Shown piece after piece: positions 18,260-26,248 of a DNA stretch of 64,000 bases (position 1 is the stretch's first letter; every line of letters starts with the position of its first letter). Source of the DNA: Candidatus Saccharimonadota bacterium (GTDB taxonomy: Bacteria; Patescibacteriota; Saccharimonadia; Saccharimonadales; 2-12-FULL-41-12); contig JALHOM010000001.1 in assembly GCA_022842995.1 (NCBI GenBank), positions 77,985 through 141,984 on the forward strand, written 5' to 3'. Under the pieces are notes generated by a model. The model did no database searches and was not told the origin of the DNA. It was given only the letters and a program-made list of their open reading frames with translations. The position numbers were made by a program, and so were the translations under genes.

Positions 18260-19181
18260 GTTGGCAGTGTGGGCAAACATGAGTTCCCCGCCCGGCTACA
18301 CGTGTTTTTTCGATCACTGCACCGCAACGGGGGCACGGCAATTTTTCCCGGCGAAAAACTCGTGCAAAATCCATGTAACTACCCCTTTTGCCTTCGGCAT
18401 TTACATAATTTCTATCTGTAGAACCGCCTTTTTCTATCGCCAAGTTAAGCACAAACTGCAGCTCACGAAACAACGTTTTTAGCTGAGCGGGCGGAATATC
18501 TTTGACGAGAGTAGTCGGGTGGATTTTTGCGCCCCACAAACTTTCGTCGGCGTAGATATTTCCAACGCCAGCAATGACCGTCTGATCCAAAAGTACAGCC
18601 TTGATGTTGCTGTTTTTACGCCTCATGAGCCTATCTATAAATTGAGTAGCTGTAAAATCTGCATCCAGAGGCTCTGGGCCAACCTTTTTAAAGAAATCGA
18701 GTTCTTCGATAGCAATCGTCGGCATTAACCGCACCCAGCCAAACTTACGAAAATCGTTAAAGTACAGATGAGCACCATTGGCAAACGTGAAGGTTACGCG
18801 CGTACTTTTGTCTGGCAATGAACCAATCAAGGAATCGTTCGGATGCCCTGCACCAAAACGTTCCTCCCCGTCCGTCACATCTTTAATCTTTAAACGTGTG
18901 TCTTTAGTCTTTAATCTTTCGTCTTTCGTCTTCACGTACACCATCTGCCCAGTCATCTTAAGATGAATCACCAGCGAATACTGGGTACTCAAATCAATGA
19001 TCAACACCTTAGCACGACGACGAACGGCCGTAACTTGACTACCAATCAAAAAAGCATCGACATCGGCCTGCGCATTCGGAAAAGACTTCGCCCAATCAAA
19101 ATGCAGGTCTTGGAACGAGAGACCGACGATAAGTTTTCGGAGTCCGATTGCGACTGTTTCTACTTCTGGTAGTTCCGGCAT
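18252..19181 (-). CDS. mutM: formamidopyrimidine-DNA glycosylase
   Basis: The start is set at MPELPEVET because the N-terminal Pro is catalytic. C-terminal zinc finger CPRCGAVIEKTRVAGRGTHVCPHCQ. Contains a repeat-derived insertion. Confidence 0.85.
   Translation of the reverse strand: MPELPEVETVAIGLRKLIVGLSFQDLHFDWAKSFPNAQADVDAFLIGSQVTAVRRRAKVLIIDLSTQYSLVIHLKMTGQMVYVKTKDERLKTKDTRLKIKDVTDGEERFGAGHPNDSLIGSLPDKSTRVTFTFANGAHLYFNDFRKFGWVRLMPTIAIEELDFFKKVGPEPLDADFTATQFIDRLMRRKNSNIKAVLLDQTVIAGVGNIYADESLWGAKIHPTTLVKDIPPAQLKTLFRELQFVLNLAIEKGGSTDRNYVNAEGKRGSYMDFARVFRREKLPCPRCGAVIEKTRVAGRGTHVCPHCQLP
18878..18933 (-). repeat. heptamer array inside the mutM coding sequence
   Basis: Eight 7-nt units of the AAAGNNN family (NNNCTTT on the plus strand). 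They encode VKTKDERLKTKDTRLKIKDV. Confidence 0.8.
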
Positions 19182-20127
19182 CTTCTTGAACCTCCTCGGC
19201 AACATTTAAGCTCGGGAATGCCTGCTTTAATGCTTGCATACTCCGACCGGAGAAATTTCGCTGATTAAGAAAACCACCCCCTGCTACTGATACCCTATAT
19301 ATACCGTCTTCCTGAGGGTCAAGGATTAAATCTGATTGCTGCACATTAGGTGTTACAACTTCAAATACAACTGGCCTGTCGCCGTCATGCCCTGTAATAT
19401 TTATTCCCGACTGTCGTTGAGAATATGAACCATAGTCGGCCAACATTCCAAAACGGTTTAGCGCACCACAAAGCTTTATCTCAGCTAAAAGCTGACTTGT
19501 TTTACGCTCGACTACCGCACATCGTCTTCTGCGAGACATCCATCCAAGTGCCGTGTCAGCCGCAAGCCCACCCGAAAATCTAATTATTTCAATTTTATCT
19601 GGCAACTCGAGGCTATCTATTTCCTTAAACGGAGCGGCCAAAAAACTTGTAAGATAACTTCGGAGTAGCGTATCTGCCGAGTATGAATACCGTCTAGAAT
19701 CCTCAACCAACGACGGATCCCAGGCACTGAATTTTGGATAATGCCCTTTTCTAGATCCAACTGTTTCAGACTCTAGAGAGTTCCGCGTTAATTCGGTAAC
19801 TATCGCCCCCGACACCAAACCAGCTAAATGCATGACTATTTCAGGTTTTTCCCTTACTAGAATTGCAGCACCTTCGCTGTCAAATTGTTCAAATCCGTCC
19901 GGCTTGGCAATCATTTTATCTGGGGACTCTAAAATCTTAAGAATCTCGGGCTTGTCATCGTCTGCAATTACATTCACCAAAGAGGTAAATGCCGGCGATA
20001 TCATCGAACGTATCGTATCTAATGCCGAAGCTGGAGGGACATTACCTAAAGAAACTGCTCCATGAGCCGTATCAGGCCCACAAGTAACCACTAGTTCCGT
20101 TTTAAACGGTTCAATTATTCTTACCAC
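19096..20127 (-). CDS. hypothetical protein
   Basis: 343-aa ORF with a GTG start. The last ~28 codons overlap the mutM 5' end in another frame. No family recognised. Confidence 0.5.
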   Translation of the reverse strand: MVRIIEPFKTELVVTCGPDTAHGAVSLGNVPPASALDTIRSMISPAFTSLVNVIADDDKPEILKILESPDKMIAKPDGFEQFDSEGAAILVREKPEIVMHLAGLVSGAIVTELTRNSLESETVGSRKGHYPKFSAWDPSLVEDSRRYSYSADTLLRSYLTSFLAAPFKEIDSLELPDKIEIIRFSGGLAADTALGWMSRRRRCAVVERKTSQLLAEIKLCGALNRFGMLADYGSYSQRQSGINITGHDGDRPVVFEVVTPNVQQSDLILDPQEDGIYRVSVAGGGFLNQRNFSGRSMQALKQAFPSLNVAEEVQEDAGTTRSRNSRNRTPKTYRRSLVPRPAF

Positions 20128-20190
20128 TTGGATGAATTATACGTGGCGGAAGATGATTTTACGTGTTGTAATATTTTTCGCCTTGAAGGG

Positions 20191-20775
20191 CTAGAGACGG
20201 ACGCCAGAGACTGTTCGGTTGTAGTCTGGGATTTGGTCTCGAAACAGAGTGGCCACGAGGCCGCGGTTGCCACTAAAGTTGCCGTCAAGGTTGCCACAGC
20301 TAGATGACCATGAACGTTGCTTGTCGCCAGAGGTATAGCTCACGTCGTAGGCGTAGCGGACACCGGTTACGCAAGAAGCTTTTTCGTCGGTTTTGATCTC
20401 TGGGTTAATAGAAGTGAAACCGGCCGACTCAAGCGCAATAGTAAATGCTTGAAAAGCAGCAACGTTATTGCCAATGGACTTTGAAGAAATAACTTCCTCA
20501 TTATATCCACGGATAATTTCAATTTTGCGTTCGCTAGGAGTAACCGTAATCCGGATCGAACGACGATCTTCCTCGCCCACAACACTACCGATTTGCGTGT
20601 ACTGAACCTGAGCCCCGTCGGAGGAAAGATCGTTCTTTTTGACAGTTTGAGAGGCAGCTGTTTGGGCAACTTGTTCGTTACGATTCCCGCCTCGCAAAAT
20701 AGAGACGATCAACGCAATACCGCCAAAAAACACGACGGCAATAATCACCAAAACCAATATGTACCTCTTAGGCAT
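20191..20775 (-). CDS. hypothetical membrane-anchored protein
   Basis: N-terminal TM YILVLVIIAVVFFGGIALIVSIL followed by a soluble domain. Confidence 0.5.
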   Translation of the reverse strand: MPKRYILVLVIIAVVFFGGIALIVSILRGGNRNEQVAQTAASQTVKKNDLSSDGAQVQYTQIGSVVGEEDRRSIRITVTPSERKIEIIRGYNEEVISSKSIGNNVAAFQAFTIALESAGFTSINPEIKTDEKASCVTGVRYAYDVSYTSGDKQRSWSSSCGNLDGNFSGNRGLVATLFRDQIPDYNRTVSGVRL

Positions 20776-20838
20776 AACCCATATTATACTACTAATCTAT
20801 TGTTTCCGCAAGTGTTTAAACTGTTATAATAGAATTCT

Positions 20839-21078
20839 ATGACCGATTCATTGTCAGATATCCTCGGAAAACGCCAATACTCAGAGCCTCCTGAGGTAGC
20901 CATTATTAAAGAATTCGTCAAAAGCGAAATCGGCGAAACGCCAAAAGTTTCAGTTTCGGGCGGCAACTTCTATGTTCTGATTTCTAGCTCAGCTGCAGCT
21001 GGCAATCTACGCTTTAAGCTGTTCCAGCTCCAGCGTTCACTCGGCCATGCCCACAAGATTATTATTCGCGTTCAATAA
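20839..21078 (+). CDS. small protein, possibly DUF721/DciA-like
   Basis: 79 aa. The pattern KVSVSGGNFYVLISSSAAAGNLRFKLFQLQRSLG resembles the DUF721 core (recalled from memory, not searched). Confidence 0.35.
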   Translation: MTDSLSDILGKRQYSEPPEVAIIKEFVKSEIGETPKVSVSGGNFYVLISSSAAAGNLRFKLFQLQRSLGHAHKIIIRVQ

Positions 21079-21634
21079 GCTGGTCTATAGCCGAAATCGC
21101 CTGATCAGTAGAGGTAAATAACACCGATTGCATACCTACTGCTTCGGCCCCATAACAGTTTCTATCGACGTCATCGACCATGATGCACTCTGGCGCCTGC
21201 ACACCCAATCTTTCAACAATCTGCAGATAAGGTTCTGGTTTTGGTTTAACCTCACCTACCTCATAACTAGGGAGGATGACGTTAAAAATCTTCTGCTCCT
21301 GCAGGTCTAAAAATTTTGCCGTAACCCAATCGTCATTGATATTACTCAGCAGTCCGATCTTTATGCCTTTAGCCTTGAGTCCCCGAGCATAGTCCAGAAG
21401 CTGGGTGTTTTTATCGCTCCTTGGCAAAATAGCACGAGCCACGACAGACTCCTCTATGCCGGCCACTTCTGCGCAAGTAGAGATAAGCTCGGTTTCCGAA
21501 ACGAGACCCTTATCGTAAGCAGCTGTCGTGTCGCGGAGAACCGTCCTAACATCTCCATCGTAACCAGCCATGAATTCACGCCAAATATCAACTGTCAGCA
21601 CGCCAAAACAATCAAAAATCACTGCTTTTATCAT
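21062..21634 (-). CDS. HAD-superfamily hydrolase
   Basis: N-terminal MIKAVIFDCFGVLT motif I and C-terminal MVDDVDRN motif IV. Confidence 0.7.
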   Translation of the reverse strand: MIKAVIFDCFGVLTVDIWREFMAGYDGDVRTVLRDTTAAYDKGLVSETELISTCAEVAGIEESVVARAILPRSDKNTQLLDYARGLKAKGIKIGLLSNINDDWVTAKFLDLQEQKIFNVILPSYEVGEVKPKPEPYLQIVERLGVQAPECIMVDDVDRNCYGAEAVGMQSVLFTSTDQAISAIDQLIERE

Positions 21635-21663
21635 CTATACATCATACCCTATCTGGATACCTT

Positions 21664-21713
21664 GCAGTCTGTACAAGGACTTTCTGTACAAGGACTGTCC
21701 TTGTACAGACTGC
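21664..21713 (-). terminator. 17-bp perfect inverted repeat downstream of the aminotransferase gene
   Basis: GCAGTCTGTACAAGGAC...GTCCTTGTACAGACTGC. A third partial copy, ctgtacaaggac, sits in the loop. Confidence 0.45.
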
Positions 21714-21735
21714 ATTTCTACATTTCAAATTGTTG

Positions 21736-23004
21736 TTAAGGCCGATATGCGGCAGCAATTGTCTGACCCAAAATCTTCATCCCATTCTCGAGCTCATGGT
21801 CCGGGCGAGCAAAATTGAGTCGCACACACTCCCGTGCATGTGGCCACGCGGACGAATCTTGCCCGGCAAAAAAGTATTCGCCCGGCACGACGAGAACTCC
21901 CTTCTCTTTGAGGCGTGCGTAAAGTTCCTTCGAGCCAATAACCGACCCTTCTAGCCAAAGCCAGAAGAAGTAAGAACCTTGGTAGGTGTGCAAGCGCCAC
22001 GGCAAAGATTTGTCGAAATACATCTCGATATACTCCATCGCCACGCGACGGCGATCGGCATAAAACGGCTGAATATAGTCTTGTGACAACCGATCAATTT
22101 CTTTGGTTATGAGTAAATCAGTGACAAGATATTGCCCAAAATTCGGGCTGGATAGCGAAACTATAGCATTAAGCTTACTGAGTGAGCGAATAAGTTCTGG
22201 TGGTCCAACAAAAATCCCTGTTCGCGAGCCAGGCAGGCCAACTTTGGATAAGCTATAGGAAAATACCGTGTTGCCATCGAACTCCACGAAATCGTCGTCC
22301 ACTATGACACCTGGAAATGGCGCGCCGTAAGCATTATCTATGACCAAAGGAATGTCCCGCTCGCGAGCAATTTTTTGCAATCGCTTTACCTCTTCAGTCG
22401 AGACTACATTTCCACTTGGGTTAGTCGGTCTAGATACACAGATTGCTCCCGTATTTTCGTCTATGTCGAGCTGATCAAAATCTATGGAATACTTAAATTC
22501 ATGCTGATCAATTTTAGTAATTATTGGCCTGGTCGAAGTGATCATTTCGTGTTCGGCAAGTTGGTCGCTGTATCCGACATATTCAGGAACTAACGGGAAC
22601 AAAATTTTTCGCCTCGAGTTTCCACTACTACCTGCCAGCATATTAAACAGCATAAAAAAGCCCGTTTGACTGCCAGATGTAATCGCCACGTTTTCGGGCA
22701 GTAGTTTGGTCTCGAAATGACCCGAGAAGTATTCAACCACCGATTCGATAAAAGCACTATTGCCCTGAGGCGTATCATAGGTGCCAAGCATTGCGGCCAA
22801 AGACTCAGGGTCTTTAGAGATTTGATGAAGCCGCGATTTAAAGGCGTCCGTAACTTCCGGAATGATGGCTGGGTTTCCACCGCCAAACATAGCGATCGGT
22901 TCTACGACTCCATTCATCGCATTGCCAAGGTCATCCATAAGCTGCAAAATGCCCGATTCGGTCGTCATTTTTTGTCCAAAGTCTGATAGTTTGTAATGTT
23001 TCAT
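21736..23004 (-). CDS. avtA: valine-pyruvate aminotransferase-like (AvtA family) PLP enzyme
   Basis: 422 aa. It matches my recollection of E. coli AvtA along its length: GGGNPAIIPEV, CVSRPTNPSGNV, PLVIDNAYGAPFPG, SLSKVGLPGSRTG, FFWLWL, GVLVVPG. Confidence 0.8.
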   Translation of the reverse strand: MKHYKLSDFGQKMTTESGILQLMDDLGNAMNGVVEPIAMFGGGNPAIIPEVTDAFKSRLHQISKDPESLAAMLGTYDTPQGNSAFIESVVEYFSGHFETKLLPENVAITSGSQTGFFMLFNMLAGSSGNSRRKILFPLVPEYVGYSDQLAEHEMITSTRPIITKIDQHEFKYSIDFDQLDIDENTGAICVSRPTNPSGNVVSTEEVKRLQKIARERDIPLVIDNAYGAPFPGVIVDDDFVEFDGNTVFSYSLSKVGLPGSRTGIFVGPPELIRSLSKLNAIVSLSSPNFGQYLVTDLLITKEIDRLSQDYIQPFYADRRRVAMEYIEMYFDKSLPWRLHTYQGSYFFWLWLEGSVIGSKELYARLKEKGVLVVPGEYFFAGQDSSAWPHARECVRLNFARPDHELENGMKILGQTIAAAYRP

Positions 23005-23024
23005 AAATTAAGCTCTTTAAAATT

Positions 23025-23056
23025 AAAAAACGGGCTGATCTTTTGTCGATAGCCCG
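23025..23056 (-). terminator. rho-independent terminator-like hairpin inside the avtA leader (attenuator candidate)
   Basis: Minus strand CGGGCT-ATC-gacaaaa-GAT-c-AGCCCG followed by TTTTTTAATTTT, ending 20 nt before the avtA ATG. Confidence 0.45.
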
Positions 23057-23082
23057 CTTGATTTGATACTGATATTTTTAGG

Positions 23083-23145
23083 CTACGACAAAGAATCTCC
23101 CGCGAGGAGCGCAAGCGCCAACTTGTTATTTCCAACGTAACTCAT
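23083..23145 (-). CDS. candidate 20-aa leader peptide MSYVGNNKLALALLAGDSLS
   Basis: The ATG lies 8 nt after a TATAAA -10 element, so the transcript would be leaderless. It has 5 Leu and 3 Ala codons. The stop codon is embedded in a sequence complementary to the terminator's 5' arm. Confidence 0.3.
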   Translation of the reverse strand: MSYVGNNKLALALLAGDSLS

Positions 23146-23153
23146 AGTTGTAG

Positions 23154-23182
23154 TTTATACCTGATCACACAAAGAAATGCAA
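23154..23182 (-). promoter_or_regulatory. promoter candidate for the avtA leader
   Basis: Minus strand TTGCAT-N17-TATAAA. Confidence 0.35.
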
Positions 23183-23204
23183 AATCCGCTACAATAACCT
23201 AGCT

Positions 23205-24224
23205 ATGAGATTACCAGAGATTGAGCGTGATTCACTCCAGCAAGCATTTGACGAAAGAGCCGTTTTGCGCGTAAAAAATGGCGTCGTTGGTAGCAGAATC
23301 GGTAAATTCGCTATCGGCCCTCGCGACTTATCTAACAGAGATCTGAGCACTGATTACACCAGCCTGCAGGTCAACCAAATTCCGGCCGTGGAGGGTCTGA
23401 AAACACCTCTTTCTGATATCGGCGACCATATTGTAAACTTTCCAAATCTAGCACGCGCTCTTAGCGCCAAGCTTTACGAATTTCAAGCATTTAAGTATCC
23501 TCACCTCACTTTAGTGGTCGGACACCAATCTCTCGTAGATGCCGTTCTAGCAGCCTACCTTCTCGCAAAAACGGATTATTTCGAAGAGTACGTTAAGTCT
23601 CCGAGCAATGTACACATAATGCTTGGTAGGATGCTCGCATACTGCGGCTATGGACCATCAAGAACTAGTCTTGTAGAAAGTCTTGTTCGACCAGCTGCTA
23701 ATTCTTATCTTGTAATACCAGAGTCGGCCTCTACTGTAGACCTATTTAAAGACCCGAGATTCACTAAGGGAATTATGTTTTCGAACGGCAGGGCTCGGAG
23801 TGCACATAAAAAGGCTACCTCCAAAGGGCCAAATCAACACGTCACGATTATCGCCCTACCCGGCTCCGAAATGAAAAAGAACGAAGATGACCAAAAAGTA
23901 ATGGGGCCTGTGTCGCCAAGGACAATCGAATTTATAGAAGAACTAAACCGATCCGGGCTCGTGCTCCCCATGGGCATAGACATTAATGAAACCCATGTCT
24001 TGTTATCCAAGATTCCTGGCTTCCCTAAGCCAGTTGGTAGACTTGCCTTAGAGCGACCTTTTATTCCGGAGGGAAGAAGTAAGGGCATAGACCGATATGC
24101 AGAACTACTGATCTACCGGACGCTACAGACCGCGCGAATCGTCGAAGACAAATACATTATCGCCGGATATACGCCCGAATACACCAGCCCCGTCATGCCT
24201 TACGACACCCAACCAGTCTCATGA
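23205..24224 (+). CDS. hypothetical protein, possible LPLAT/PlsC-like acyltransferase
   Basis: HX4D block GHQSLVD. A later ALPGSE block resembles FPEGT, and LVLPMGIDI resembles block IV. Weak, motif-level evidence only. Confidence 0.4.
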   Translation: MRLPEIERDSLQQAFDERAVLRVKNGVVGSRIGKFAIGPRDLSNRDLSTDYTSLQVNQIPAVEGLKTPLSDIGDHIVNFPNLARALSAKLYEFQAFKYPHLTLVVGHQSLVDAVLAAYLLAKTDYFEEYVKSPSNVHIMLGRMLAYCGYGPSRTSLVESLVRPAANSYLVIPESASTVDLFKDPRFTKGIMFSNGRARSAHKKATSKGPNQHVTIIALPGSEMKKNEDDQKVMGPVSPRTIEFIEELNRSGLVLPMGIDINETHVLLSKIPGFPKPVGRLALERPFIPEGRSKGIDRYAELLIYRTLQTARIVEDKYIIAGYTPEYTSPVMPYDTQPVS

Positions 24225-24270
24225 CGGCAATAAAGATGCAGGAGACCTTCGATATTGTGCGTACCACAGC

Positions 24271-25209
24271 TCATCTATCGGGATTGACGCCCATATGCGC
24301 CTCGGTGCGAGAAATATTTGGGTCAATACCAAACGGGTCTGAAAATACGATAATCGCAAGCCTTGGTGGCACATACGTTCCTGGCTCTACTTGTAGCCTC
24401 CTCACTTCGTGTGGTGTGCCTGTTATCCAGTGTTTGTCGCCGTACAGTTTATTAAAACCTAATCCCGGAAATACATAAACCGCACCATCCTCACGTGGCG
24501 GAGCTTCAACTGCATTACCTTGTTTGTCATGCACGACCAAACCATCGGTAGACGCATATACCTGCATAGTCATCGATCCACGATCAATGTGTTGGCCGGC
24601 AACTTTTTTATGGTCAACCTCAGCTTCAGGGCCTTGTACGTATCCGTCGTACATCACAACCCTGAGCAGTGCCGTAGGTTGCACATTATGAGGGTGGTGC
24701 AGATCCATTATGCCAGGGTGTGTATCCTCAAGATGGGAGTAAACATTCTCACGAAATTCATTCAGACAATTTTCTAAAACTTCTCTGCCCGCCTCCAAGA
24801 AATCATCAATCGGTCGTACAATTCCTTTCCTGAGGTACCACTGGCCATATGCCACTGGCGTAATCTGAAAGATCGACTTGGCGTCAGAGACCTGCATACC
24901 AGTAACTGGGTCATGTTTTGCCTCTTTGCGCTCCAAACCATGAAACATCCCCGGCGGATCATCAGGAAAGTTGACACCAAGCTTTCCTAATCGCTTCAAT
25001 AAGTCAGGGTCCTTTAGCGTTCTATCGGTAATTTCGGCAAATTCTTTGACCTCGTCTACGAAAGCAGTGTCAACCCCATGTACATGAAAACCTCGCGTAG
25101 AAAGATTACTCTCAACTTCGGATATTTCGCCTTTTGACTGCGGCTGTCGGGATGGCAGTTCATACCATCCTCTCTCGAGAGCTTCAGCGGGCGACAAGAG
25201 TTGCGACAT
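24271..25209 (-). CDS. 2-oxoglutarate/Fe(II)-dependent oxygenase-like protein
   Basis: 312 aa. HxD (GQHIDRG) and a distal His (TGTPHEVRR) are spaced as in the IPNS/2OG-oxygenase facial triad. Confidence 0.5.
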   Translation of the reverse strand: MSQLLSPAEALERGWYELPSRQPQSKGEISEVESNLSTRGFHVHGVDTAFVDEVKEFAEITDRTLKDPDLLKRLGKLGVNFPDDPPGMFHGLERKEAKHDPVTGMQVSDAKSIFQITPVAYGQWYLRKGIVRPIDDFLEAGREVLENCLNEFRENVYSHLEDTHPGIMDLHHPHNVQPTALLRVVMYDGYVQGPEAEVDHKKVAGQHIDRGSMTMQVYASTDGLVVHDKQGNAVEAPPREDGAVYVFPGLGFNKLYGDKHWITGTPHEVRRLQVEPGTYVPPRLAIIVFSDPFGIDPNISRTEAHMGVNPDR

Positions 25210-25283
25210 ATAATCTCCTATTCATTCAATACTCTCATACTACCTCGCTGGCGTTTGCTTTCAAGAAATTTATGGTGTAATAT

Positions 25284-25646
25284 TTACCGTTTTACTTCCG
25301 CGAAGTAGCTTTCTAAAACATCTGAATCGATAAATTCACCTTCCAAAGACTGCGCTTCTCTTTCGCTCACCCAAGCATAATCATCGTGCTCATCACCGAG
25401 TCGAACCTCAAGACTGGTCGGCTTACAGAGATAGAAAATAGCAATAATCTGCGATTTTACTCCATTAATTGTCGGTGACCATTCCTTGGTGAACACTGGA
25501 CGCAGTGGCTCCACCTCAAGTCCAACCTCTTCTTTTATCTCTCTTTTCAGTCCATCTATATGATTCTCTCCGGGATTAATCCTGCCACCTGGGAGCATAT
25601 ACTTACCAAGCTTTGTGGCGTCGGTATACGTCGTCGCCTCACGCAC
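25284..25646 (-). CDS. Nudix hydrolase (probably frameshifted; the N-terminal strands are encoded upstream in another frame)
   Basis: Nudix box GGRINPGENHIDGLKREIKEEVGLEV. See the finding on 25640-25717. Confidence 0.7.
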   Translation of the reverse strand: MREATTYTDATKLGKYMLPGGRINPGENHIDGLKREIKEEVGLEVEPLRPVFTKEWSPTINGVKSQIIAIFYLCKPTSLEVRLGDEHDDYAWVSEREAQSLEGEFIDSDVLESYFAEVKR

Positions 25647-25718
25647 ATGAGAACTTTCCCGCTTTCGTCAACGAGAACCCCCTTCATAGCAAGAAACTGC
25701 ACAGTACGAGATGCCATA

Positions 25719-26240
25719 CTACACAATCCTTTTCAATGAGTCTTCGTGCCACATGGCAAAATCGATCTGCCTGAAACCATTTCTTTCATAAAAACCCTTT
25801 AGCCACGGTGTATCAGAGTTATATGTCAGCCCCAGATAGGTTATGCCTTTTTGCTTGCAATATTGAACTCTTTTATCGAAGATCTCTCCGCCTATGCCCC
25901 GTTTGCGGTAGTCTGGATGCACCACCAAATCAACCATCTGCGCATGACGGATATTCCCCACGACGAACCCAATTCCGACCAATACTCCTCTGTCTCTGGC
26001 CGTGACAACGCATAAGGCACCGGATATTGCCTCATCCCAAACGGCCTCTTCTGCGTTTCCGTAAGATGCAGCTTCGCGAAGAGCGACTACTTCACTGCCC
26101 TTTACTGATTTATCAAAATCAATGTCGATTCCATCCATCGTTGCCTCTCCTTTTACCAGTAATTGTACGACACAATCACCACTTAGAGCTCGTTTAGTGA
26201 ATGAGTCTTCACTATTTTTGTTCAGTAACGTACGATACAC
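25719..26240 (-). CDS. GNAT-family N-acetyltransferase
   Basis: VVHPDYRKRGIGGEIF acetyl-CoA-binding motif A. Confidence 0.75.
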   Translation of the reverse strand: MYRTLLNKNSEDSFTKRALSGDCVVQLLVKGEATMDGIDIDFDKSVKGSEVVALREAASYGNAEEAVWDEAISGALCVVTARDRGVLVGIGFVVGNIRHAQMVDLVVHPDYRKRGIGGEIFDKRVQYCKQKGITYLGLTYNSDTPWLKGFYERNGFRQIDFAMWHEDSLKRIV

Positions 26241-26248
26241 TGCAGTTT

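Noticed and set aside
20367-20669. 100-aa ORF nested in CDS 20191-20775 on the same strand.
   Set aside because: It is an alternative frame of a longer ORF that has an N-terminal TM anchor. It has no independent start signals.
26201-26248. Upstream extension of the wHTH gene overlapping the GNAT gene start.
   Set aside because: The extension (MSLHYFCSVTYDTLQF) overlaps the divergent GNAT coding region. The internal ATG at 26249 gives a typical wHTH N-terminus.
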